Below are positions 18,842-26,935 of a stretch of 28,166 bases of DNA, one piece after another. The stretch is from positions 128,001 through 156,166 of the IMG/VR virus record IMGVR_UViG_3300033075_000957; one strand, given 5' to 3'. Below the pieces are notes generated by a model that did not search any database, was not told where the DNA came from, and was given only the letters and a program-made list of their open reading frames with translations. Within the stretch, counting starts at the first letter, position 1; each line of letters starts with the position of its first letter. The position numbers were made by a program, and so were the translations under genes. The stretch comes from a virus. Its lineage: Duplodnaviria; Heunggongvirae; Uroviricota; Caudoviricetes.

Positions 18842-19855
18842 ATGCTCGCCCTTGCCCCTCGCACCCAAACGGCACCCGAACATCGGGACGACGATACCAA
18901 ACAACACCCTAATACCGCCGGTTCTCGCTATCTCCAGAGAATAGCGGAGGGCATGGACCCGAACAGTGCCCTAATCATGGCACGTAATGAGGGGGAGAGG
19001 AAAGCCAAACGGATACTTAACGAACGCCCCGATACCCTCAATAGGGGATATAAGGCCGCGAATTACGATCAATTCGTGGCCGATGTTGGTGGCATGTTAG
19101 TGGAGCGTATACTTTCCGCCCCCAATGACGATGCCAGAAAACTGATAACCATATCCTCTTGTGTGGGAAGGGTAGATCGGCAATACAATAAGGCTACCCG
19201 GTATTGGGTATGTTTGTACTTTGTTAGGCTCAACTACGTGTTGGCCCCCCACAATGGGGATAGTACCCCGATTGTGGTGCCGTTCGATTCGGATTGGGTT
19301 AGGGTAACTAAGAAACAGTACAAACTTGCCCGCAAACATGCTACCCACCAATTGGAGGGGCATCCGTGGATTGAAACGTACGAATACCGTACAACGCCCC
19401 GACGCCTAACAGAATCCGATCACGACGAGTCCACGGGGTACCATAAAGGGGACAATAGGGTATGGTATGCAATCAATACCCTGTCGGATGCCGAACGCAC
19501 CGCTCTGCACTTGTACGGTATGGGTGTGCGTTCCCCGATTATTGGACAAGCGGTGTTTGGGAAGCGTAAGGGTGCAGCGGCTGCGGCCCGTATTCTTGTG
19601 GCCCGAACACTTGCCAAACTCGCGTCCACTCTCGGGCAACTTGACAGCAACCCTAACATCGCCCGATACCGTGATTGTTCGGAAGCCGTTAGGGCCTACT
19701 ACGGTGGAACCCGCTTCGCTGACCGCCCCGAACGGGCACCGAACGAGCCGAAGAAACTTGACCCGAACGACCGCCGAACGACTCGTTCGGATTGGACTAG
19801 GGAATCTACCCGCAGGAGGCTGCGGGCCAACATTGGAAAGGCGGCAACCATCTAA
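18842..19855 (+). CDS. Protein with C-terminal sigma-4/LuxR-like HTH (paralog A)
   Basis: AINTLSDAERTALHLYGMG...IGQAVFG...ARTLAKL. The start was moved from 18824 because that ATG abuts the -10 element. Confidence 0.65.
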   Translation: MLALAPRTQTAPEHRDDDTKQHPNTAGSRYLQRIAEGMDPNSALIMARNEGERKAKRILNERPDTLNRGYKAANYDQFVADVGGMLVERILSAPNDDARKLITISSCVGRVDRQYNKATRYWVCLYFVRLNYVLAPHNGDSTPIVVPFDSDWVRVTKKQYKLARKHATHQLEGHPWIETYEYRTTPRRLTESDHDESTGYHKGDNRVWYAINTLSDAERTALHLYGMGVRSPIIGQAVFGKRKGAAAAARILVARTLAKLASTLGQLDSNPNIARYRDCSEAVRAYYGGTRFADRPERAPNEPKKLDPNDRRTTRSDWTRESTRRRLRANIGKAATI

Positions 19856-20300
19856 AAACCTAACAACCTAACGCGTGGCGAACTCGATCAATCGAGGGGG
19901 CAGCAGTACGCACTAGTGGCCTAACGCTTCCCTAACGCCCAGCCATGCGGTTTTCAATCTTTTCTGAAAAAAGAATAAGATATGTATAGTGTACACTAAC
20001 CGATTGCGAGCATTATTAGGGGTGTAAGCGACAATTGATACAACACACACGCAAGCGTATTGCATGTTGTTTGTATTGTTTGTTGTTTGGAGTGTTGCAT
20101 ATGGCATGCAAAGCGTTCTCGGTGCGTGGGCTTCGCTGGAGGAAGCCACGCGTTCGCAAGTGGTATAAGACCGCTGCTGCCCGTGCGGCTCGGCGACTCT
20201 GGCAGCGGCATGGCGAGGATGCACCGCTCAAGTCCACCTCGCGTGGATACGCCGATTAGGGCAAGGTCGAACATTGCGGTTTCACCGCAGGAGGTTTGTC

Positions 20301-20498
20301 ATGCAGAAGTTTATTCGGGTCGTGCTGGACGATCGTGGTTATAAAGTGCTGACCCATGAAGGTCAGTTTGTGTCTGTCCATCCTCAGCGGCACCTTGCCG
20401 TGCGGGAGGCTCAGGTCTTGTGCGATATCCTTGCCGCGATCGGCAAGGGCGTGGTTTGGTCGATCGATTGCAGGACGCCGCTCGGCGGCTCATGCTGA
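20301..20498 (+). CDS. Small hypothetical protein (MQKFIRVVLDD..., 65 aa)
   Basis: Strong AGGAGG SD before ATG 20301. Confidence 0.7.
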   Translation: MQKFIRVVLDDRGYKVLTHEGQFVSVHPQRHLAVREAQVLCDILAAIGKGVVWSIDCRTPLGGSC

Positions 20499-20726
20499 AG
20501 TCAACCGGTCAATAATCACCACTCACTTGTTCAGGGGAACCTGAGCGGATGGGATTAGACGGTACACAAAGGTAAAACATGTGCATGTTTCCTGTACCGT
20601 TCATCTTTGCGGCGAATGCCGATGACGAAAGTCGTCGGTGGGGTTTACGCTAGCGTGTGCTAGTGTTACTGAATGGGCTGAGTGCTCAGCCCGAGTTTTC
20701 TTGCCACTGAGTGGCAGGAGGTTGGT

Positions 20727-22163
20727 ATGCAGAACGCTCTTGATCGTCTCTTCTCTCACATCGCCAACAGCGAAGTCGCCGGGATGATCTCCCGACTGAT
20801 GTCGCTCGCTGGCTGCCCCGAGGGTGGTCGCGGGGTCCAGTTCGTGTGTGGTGTGAAGCACTACATGGGGCTGCCTGAGCAGTATTACAAGGGGTGGCTG
20901 CGTGGTAACGCGATGTACACGGTGACGCGTGGACTCGTGTACCGCAACATGAAGGATGGCCACTTTGGGAAGTGGGAGGTGCCGCCCCACATCCTGAAGC
21001 AGCACGCGGCGGAGATGCGGGCACAGGCCCGCCGAAAGATGCTGGCCTTCAAGACCCGATACGATGATCTTGACAAGGCCGACATGGTGGCACTCGTCTT
21101 CGAGATGTCTGTGGACGAAGACACCTCAGACGGCGAGGGCATGAGCATCATGGCCGAACTGGAAGAGATGACCCGCACCGAACTGATTCGGCGGGCTCGT
21201 GAACTGACAGACGATCGTGGGCAGAACATGCTGAACTGCGAATTCGCCGAATCGGTGGTGAATTCCTACGTCTTGCAGGTGCTCGACTACTGTCGTCAAG
21301 ACGAGGTGTGGTCTTCATCGGATGCGGAGTACCGTCTGACCCACCGCAAGCCCCGACTGCGGGGAATGAAAGCGATCGCTGAGGCGGTATTCAAGGCCGA
21401 CTTCGCCCGCCGCAGTGTGGCACACTTCGATCCGCTCAGCCCATCGGCACCCCGTATCGGATTCGCTACGCGTGGCACGAACAACGCCGAGTACTACGTC
21501 ACCATCGAGGGTGTGTCTCGTCGGGTGCCGTATGGCGAATACAAGAAGACGCAAGCGGCCTTGCATCTGATGCGGTGCCAAGGGCTGCACAATCCTCCGG
21601 TGGCCGCTTTCGTCACCGAACCCACACCACGCACATGGGGAGACACGCTTAGTGATCACCCCAACTACAACGAACCGGCGAGGGTGTTCGAACTGCTTGA
21701 AGTGGCAAACCTGAGCCCTCGCGAGAAGGAGGTGTTCGGCATGTCCTGTCGTGGCTACAGCAAGAAGCAGATCGCCGAAACGCTCGGCATCAGCCAGAAC
21801 ACTGTCGGACCTCTCGTGAGTCGTGCCACGGAGAAGATGAAGTCCGCCGATGTTCGCAAGGCATTCGAGCACGGACCCGGCAAGCTGGACTTGGAGATCG
21901 ATCGCGGTACCCCAACCGAACGCGTTCGCCCGATGATGACAGATCATCAGACGCGTGGGCTGTCGCGGACCTTCCTTCCTCCCGCACACCCAACCATCCA
22001 CTACATCGAAGCCGGACCTTGCTCGGCGAGCGAATCACCGGCGGCGATGGCTGCAATCGAACACGCGAAGGTGCTGGCCGCACGCAAGGCGGAGGAAGCC
22101 GAACGTGCCAAGGAACGAATTCGCAACATCAAGACCTTCGTGAGTCTTGACAGGGCCGGTTGA
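20727..22163 (+). CDS. Large protein with sigma-70 region 4/LuxR HTH (paralog B)
   Basis: LSPREKEVFGMSCRGYSKKQIAETLGISQNTVGPLVSRATEKM, AGGAGG SD before ATG 20727, and GC3-rich codons. Confidence 0.8.
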   Translation: MQNALDRLFSHIANSEVAGMISRLMSLAGCPEGGRGVQFVCGVKHYMGLPEQYYKGWLRGNAMYTVTRGLVYRNMKDGHFGKWEVPPHILKQHAAEMRAQARRKMLAFKTRYDDLDKADMVALVFEMSVDEDTSDGEGMSIMAELEEMTRTELIRRARELTDDRGQNMLNCEFAESVVNSYVLQVLDYCRQDEVWSSSDAEYRLTHRKPRLRGMKAIAEAVFKADFARRSVAHFDPLSPSAPRIGFATRGTNNAEYYVTIEGVSRRVPYGEYKKTQAALHLMRCQGLHNPPVAAFVTEPTPRTWGDTLSDHPNYNEPARVFELLEVANLSPREKEVFGMSCRGYSKKQIAETLGISQNTVGPLVSRATEKMKSADVRKAFEHGPGKLDLEIDRGTPTERVRPMMTDHQTRGLSRTFLPPAHPTIHYIEAGPCSASESPAAMAAIEHAKVLAARKAEEAERAKERIRNIKTFVSLDRAG

Positions 22164-22177
22164 GTAAACCTTCAGAT

Positions 22178-22208
22178 CGGGCAGGCTAACGCTTGCCCGT
22201 TTCTATTC
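22178..22208 (+). terminator. Probable intrinsic terminator
   Basis: CGGGCAGGC-TAAC-GCTTGCCCG followed by TTTCTATT. Confidence 0.6.
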
Positions 22209-22260
22209 CTTCGGGATGGGATGCAATGACGTATCCCAAGTGCAGGAGCGTTGTATGTGT

Positions 22261-22677
22261 ATGGATCGCAAGATTGTCCTGTTGAGCGTGTTGGCGTTTC
22301 TGTGTCTGTGCTGTGGCCGTGCCCCATCAATCGAGAAAGCAGTCAGCCCGCAATTGCTACATGCTCTGTGGATGGTTGAGTCGGGCGGCAAAGATAATCC
22401 TCCGGATGGTGATGGTGGTAAGGCGATCGGCCCGTATCAGCTATGGGAGTGCTATTGGAAGGATGCTATTGAGCATGACCCATCGATCGGTGGTACCTAT
22501 CAGGACTGCCGAAAGAAGGAGTACGCCGAGAAGATCATCGTGGCGTACATGTGCCGATACGCTCCGAAGAACGCGACGGCGGAGCAGATTGCGAGGATAC
22601 ATAATGCAGGTCCGCAGGGCTGGAAAAAGAAAGTTAGCCTGAAATATTGGGAAAAAGTAAAGAAAAATTTGAAGTAA
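22261..22677 (+). CDS. Lysozyme-fold muralytic enzyme, i-type/destabilase-like, with N-terminal signal or anchor
   Basis: Catalytic VES, GPYQL..YWKDA, YM.RY and ARIHNAGPQGW. The N-terminus is hydrophobic (MDRKIVLLSVLAFLCLCC) and the SD is AGGAG. Confidence 0.8.
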   Translation: MDRKIVLLSVLAFLCLCCGRAPSIEKAVSPQLLHALWMVESGGKDNPPDGDGGKAIGPYQLWECYWKDAIEHDPSIGGTYQDCRKKEYAEKIIVAYMCRYAPKNATAEQIARIHNAGPQGWKKKVSLKYWEKVKKNLK

Positions 22678-23237
22678 CGACTAATCCCAACGTCGGGCCA
22701 CTAGGAATAGTGGTCCGAACGTTTCAACGGTACAGAAAGCCATCCCTCCATCAAGGTAGCCCCTTAGTATCGCCGATCGCATACTAGGGCACGGTCGCCG
22801 GTGGGTATGGTAGAATGGTGATATAACTCTTCTGTATCGTGTGGCTTGGGAATCGCCACGAACCCAATAAAGGGGTAATATGGACCAGCATCACTGGTAT
22901 GGCATGCTGCCACTTCTATGCGAACTACCGGGGTTCGTCTATAGACAGCACAGTAGCGGGATTCCGCCCGTATACCCTAACAAATACCAAACGCAAGGTT
23001 CGGGTTTTGTTCCAACCACTTATACCTATGTGGAGAAACGCCACTAGCCACTATGATAGGGGATTATAAAAAACAACTTGCGGTGTAACCGATTCGCTTG
23101 CGGGTAGGGGAGTGTATACGTCGGGTGCCAACTGGCACCAACCCACCCCGCAACCGCTACCAGTTGTAACGGGTTTCTTGCGTGGTGTTTGTTTTTAGTT
23201 TGTGGTTTTATACCACAGAAAGGATTGTGTTACTTTT

Positions 23238-23651
23238 ATGACGACAGCAACAATTCAGAGGCAGAAGTTTTCTCCTGCCGAACTCCGTGAACGCATCGCG
23301 GAGTTGCGTAAGGTGCAGCGTTCCAACGCCAAGCGGCGTGGTCGTGCTCCTGCTGTATGGCACGCTCTTTTCAATGGGCTGAATGTCGGCGAACAGATCG
23401 TCGTTCAGACCAATGCGAAGAATGTGGATGGGAATGGCGATAAGGTGTCGCTGCCCAAGTTCATGTCCGTGAGGAATTGGCTCCAGCGTCGGGCCAAGGT
23501 CGATGGTCGTATGTTCCTTGTGTTCGGTGCCAGCGATGCCGATGGTAACGGCGAGATGCTGGTGATCCGCTCCGAAGATGATCCCGAGAAGATCGTCAGC
23601 GAGGACACTGAGGACACCGATGAATCGGACGACGAGTCCGAGAATCAGTAA
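23238..23651 (+). CDS. Hypothetical basic protein with acidic tail (possible nucleic-acid binder)
   Basis: GAAAGGA SD; RRGR..W..LF..LNVGEQIVV core; D/E-rich tail. Confidence 0.75.
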   Translation: MTTATIQRQKFSPAELRERIAELRKVQRSNAKRRGRAPAVWHALFNGLNVGEQIVVQTNAKNVDGNGDKVSLPKFMSVRNWLQRRAKVDGRMFLVFGASDADGNGEMLVIRSEDDPEKIVSEDTEDTDESDDESENQ

Positions 23652-23906
23652 CTAACCGGGGGATAGGTAATATCTTCCGTCCCCCGTGTTAGGAATGATG
23701 CGGGGTTTCTTTTTACCTGCGGTACGCTATAAACGCATGCCGCAGGTTTTGCCCTAGTTGCAGGCTCCGTTCCTTAGCGAATAACAGAACCTATAGAAGT
23801 ATAGGTCATACGTCTATCGCCCCAAAAATAGCGGATACCAACCGGGCGTTCCCTGTGTCTATAATAGGACACTGGGAAATTTGTCAATCTTTCAGAAAGG
23901 ATCGTC

Positions 23907-24077
23907 ATGAACGAGAACAGTCGTCAGCGTTCGCGTGATTATCGCCGTGCTCATGCGAGCAAGTTCAAGCAGATCGGCGATGGTGTTTTCGGTGGATACA
24001 AGAGTGGCGTAATGAATGGTCCCGAACCATCGACGGATCGGGGTCGGCGGCGTGCCGCTAAGAAAAAGACTGGTTAA
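23907..24077 (+). CDS. 56-aa Arg/Lys-rich peptide (MNENSRQRSRDYRRAH...RGRRRAAKKKTG)
   Basis: Below the ORF-track cutoff. GAAAGGA SD and codon usage like its neighbours. Confidence 0.65.
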   Translation: MNENSRQRSRDYRRAHASKFKQIGDGVFGGYKSGVMNGPEPSTDRGRRRAAKKKTG

Positions 24078-24375
24078 CACTAACCAGTGGCGATAGGCCA
24101 TTCCTATTATCTCATACCTATGGTGGTCGGGTTGAGATTATGGCACCACTAGGTGGCTACAGCCTGCGATTCCGTAACCAATCGGAGCGATGAAAAGTGT
24201 GGCGGTGATCCTCAGCCCAATGAGGTAGAATAGACGCCGATATATTCGTAACATTTCTCGGCAAGCGTAGTCTACTACGACTAGAGTGTGGAGCGTCATG
24301 AACAGGCCCGATGGTCTGTGACAGTAGCGGGCGATACCCGAGGAAGGAAACCTGAATGGTTTTTTTTGTTGCCCG

Positions 24376-24564
24376 AACGATACGGGGGAAGTATAGTCTA
24401 GATGTTCCCGGATATCCGGGTTTAGAAAAACATCTGGAAACTATGGACGAATCGCCATAGCAATATTGTGGTAGTCAGGACCGAATTGAGTGCTGGCCTA
24501 AACTCTGTAACCACAGAGGGTCATGTGCAATTCACTGGAATCCATCTATTACTTCCGTATCGTT
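24376..24564 (+). ncRNA. Unknown structured RNA, copy 1
   Basis: Closing stem AACGATACGG/CCGTATCGTT. Core AATATTGTGGTAG (24462-24474) and GAATCCATCT (24538-24547) are shared with copy 2. Confidence 0.65.
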
Positions 24565-24579
24565 ATTGCCGCAGGCAAC

Positions 24580-24651
24580 GGGCGATTAGCTCAGCGATAG
24601 AGCAAGGTGCTCATAATACTTAGGTCGTTGGTTTGAATCCAACATCGCCCA
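24580..24651 (+). tRNA. tRNA with CAT anticodon (Ile2 or elongator Met), no encoded CCA
   Basis: Acceptor GGGCGAT/ATCGCCC+A, D-arm GCTC/GAGC, anticodon loop CTCATAA, T-arm GTTGG-TTTGAAT-CCAAC. Confidence 0.88.
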
Positions 24652-24665
24652 TTAGGGAGAATGTC

Positions 24666-24878
24666 ATGTTTCAAGTTGGCGATCGTGTGCAGGCGAACAT
24701 TTCTGTGCTTCAAACGGATAACTCCATCCGGGTTTACGAGAATCGGACGGGCAAAGTGGTTTCAACTTTGCCGCCGCCTTTGGTAATGGTTCAACTCGAT
24801 GTACCTATTGATAGTGGTACTGAATACGAGATGAGAACGGTGTATACCCGTGTAGAGAATTGCTCAATTTGCCTCTAA
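24666..24878 (+). CDS. Small SH3/KOW-like beta-barrel protein, paralog 1
   Basis: FQVGDRV...TGKVV...VMVQLD; GGGAG SD; clear paralog at 27228. Confidence 0.8.
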   Translation: MFQVGDRVQANISVLQTDNSIRVYENRTGKVVSTLPPPLVMVQLDVPIDSGTEYEMRTVYTRVENCSICL

Positions 24879-24900
24879 ATCGCCCCTAAAACACTAGGAA

Positions 24901-24931
24901 TTGTCCACAATTGTGGATAACTTGTGGAAAA
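24901..24931. promoter_or_regulatory. DnaA-box cluster 1
   Basis: TTGTCCACA (24901-24909), TGTGGATAA (24912-24920, perfect) and TGTGGAAAA (24923-24931). Confidence 0.7.
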
Positions 24932-25282
24932 CCACCCTTAATTGGGGTGTGCTTAATATATGGGACACATATTCCCATCCCAGCATATATCCAACCATCC
25001 CTTCCCTATCCCCCTTTCTCTTCTGTCTTCTGTATGTAATGAGGGTACTTTTGGTATAAAACCTCATTATTTCGCTAAAAACGAGGTTTTAGAGCAATCT
25101 GCTCCCTCATTGATCCCCTGTCTAGGGAATCAATTAAACTGTCTGATTGAATATTATCAATCAAGAAAACAGCGAACACCACCCACAATTAAATACGTCC
25201 ACAGATATGCGGTATGACTGTAAAGGCCAATTCCGCAATTGGAGTGCAGATAGGGTCCGATAACAAACGTAAATCACTAATT

Positions 25283-25567
25283 ATGGAAACCCCCATGTCT
25301 CAATCACCATTCATTGCCGTGCATACTTCTCCTGTTGTTTCATTAAAAAGTGTCACCGGTTCGGATAATATACCCGGATGGTATAAGGACACAACCACGA
25401 ACCATCTTTGGCTCGTTAATGCGTCTGGTCTTTTGATAGGGTTTATCAGTTCTCATGACGGAAGATTTTTCTATCACACCCATGAGACAGATTTATTTTC
25501 CCGTCTTTCACGAATTTCTGATGGGACAAAAATTGAACTGATTCAACCCTCGTCCAAGGATACATAA
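25283..25567 (+). CDS. Hypothetical protein
   Basis: Open frame heading a run of small ORFs. The start is uncertain (25214, 25283 or 25295). Confidence 0.6.
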   Translation: METPMSQSPFIAVHTSPVVSLKSVTGSDNIPGWYKDTTTNHLWLVNASGLLIGFISSHDGRFFYHTHETDLFSRLSRISDGTKIELIQPSSKDT

Positions 25568-25628
25568 TGGATAAGCCAATGCCGAACGTATTGGGCCAAT
25601 TAGTCCGACCACCCATTTAGGGGATTAT

Positions 25629-25790
25629 ATGTACGCTCTCCAACGTTTTGACGGATTAACTTGGGGCCGTTTCACCAAAGATGAGGCGTATCGTTTAGCC
25701 AATCTCTACCGTCGTTGTGGAGCAAGCGATGTGCCGGTCAAAATCCAAAACCACTGGGTTTCTCAACCAAATGGTAGTTGGACCACATGA
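25629..25790 (+). CDS. 53-aa hypothetical protein (MYALQRFDGLTWGRF...)
   Basis: AGGGG SD; tiles between neighbouring ORFs; not in the ORF track. Confidence 0.55.
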   Translation: MYALQRFDGLTWGRFTKDEAYRLANLYRRCGASDVPVKIQNHWVSQPNGSWTT

Positions 25791-25800
25791 GGGTCCGATA

Positions 25801-25998
25801 ATGTCTAAAGAAGAAATCGCTGCGTCTATTCATCAGATGATGCAACAAGATGCTGAAACAGTAGTCAAAGCTATAGCCGATTCCTGTCGTCTAATTGCTC
25901 GGGCTTGTAACGAAGAATTAGACGGTACTTCCGAGCAATTTTGGGGTGAAGTCGCTCAAAAAATTGACGAGGTACATAAATATATGGAAGAACACTAA
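25801..25998 (+). CDS. Small helical hypothetical protein (MSKEEIAASIH...)
   Basis: GAGGG SD before ATG 25801. Confidence 0.65.
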   Translation: MSKEEIAASIHQMMQQDAETVVKAIADSCRLIARACNEELDGTSEQFWGEVAQKIDEVHKYMEEH

Positions 25999-26770
25999 GC
26001 GGACAGAAATGTCCGCAATCAAACTAAATCAGTGTGAAGCAAGAGAATAGGCCCCTCTTGCCAGATCCGAGCTATACTTCGTACACTGTTTGTCTGTGCT
26101 GGGTTACACCGGCATGGACAATTTAGCTCCGCAAGTCGGAGATAGGGACACTGGCAGTTCGTCTAGCAAAGACCCGAAATTAAAACTTTTAAGACGCGAA
26201 TGATTCCCGTAAGGGATTATAGGTTAGCACATACTAGATCGCCCGCAAGGGCGAGAGTGCTGTCTGATTACAGATAGAAGTATCTGTTGTCGGATTCCTC
26301 GGCTATAGCCGAGCTTTCGAAGTATGCAAAGGTAATGAGGGTCTAGCCCCTCAACGCCGTATAGACCGTAAGGTGAGGGCGTTTAGGTATAAGCCGAAAG
26401 GCCAGAGTAATACCACCTTTCATACTTCATCTGTCGTGGCGATAACTTCAAGACGATAGGTTTAAGGAGTTGTTGGTTTCAGAGAGTATATGTTCATAAC
26501 CAACCTCTGCACACGAGGATACTCGCATAACCGTGTGTATATTATTAGCGAGTTGCGATTACGGATAGTCTGGTCTTAATAATTTGCAAATTAAGGCTGG
26601 CATACACCAAAAACACTGTCGTATCCGTAGTCTAAGTTTTAAAATACTGCACAAACAGGTGGTGCTGTTGTGGAGTATGGACAGTTACCTAGATGGTTTA
26701 GACATAGGCCATCGAGGGTTCCATCGTTGTTCTCCCCTTGCCTACGCGATAATTTCAACTAGGCAAGGTT
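25999..26770 (+). ncRNA. Large structured non-coding RNA candidate
   Basis: Continuous helices with GNRA loops (GCGGACA-GAAA-TGTCCGC, TCCC-GTAA-GGGA, TCGCCC-GCAA-GGGCGA, ACC-GTAA-GGT, GCC-GAAA-GGC), a multibranch domain, and no credible ORF. Confidence 0.65.
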
Positions 26771-26935
26771 TGACGGTACAGAAGAGTGATAGGGCATAAA
26801 GGATACTACCAATCGATAGAGTATCTAGTCGTGCCAAAAGATAATATTGTGGTAGGTGCCGGACTAGCATCGATTCTCCCTAGGTAAGATTTCGAGCTAG
26901 CGAAGCGAACCCATCTTTACTTTTCTGTATCGTTA
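26771..26935 (+). ncRNA. Unknown structured RNA, copy 2
   Basis: 19-bp closing stem 26771-26789/26917-26935 with four G-U pairs. Core AATATTGTGGTAG (26843-26855) and GAACCCATCT (26907-26916). Confidence 0.65.

Noticed and set aside
17443-18912. ORFs in the strand-switch gap (17443..17838, 17710..18075, 18546..18731, 18700..18912)
   Set aside because: They have non-ATG starts, no SD and implausible composition, so the gap is treated as non-coding.
19097-22642. Many overlapping ORFs in the GC-rich segment (e.g. 21315..22001, 20601..21005, 19467..19871)
   Set aside because: Such ORFs are expected from stop-codon scarcity at high GC, and they overlap genes with clear SDs and motifs.
24153-24168. 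TACAGCCTGCG resembles a segment of E. coli 6S RNA as I recall it
   Set aside because: The match is short and the surrounding sequence forms several small hairpins rather than a 6S-like rod.
26584-26799. 71-aa ORF inside the structured region, and 24960..25217 over the pyrimidine tract
   Set aside because: Neither has an SD or protein-like features, and both are better explained as non-coding structure.
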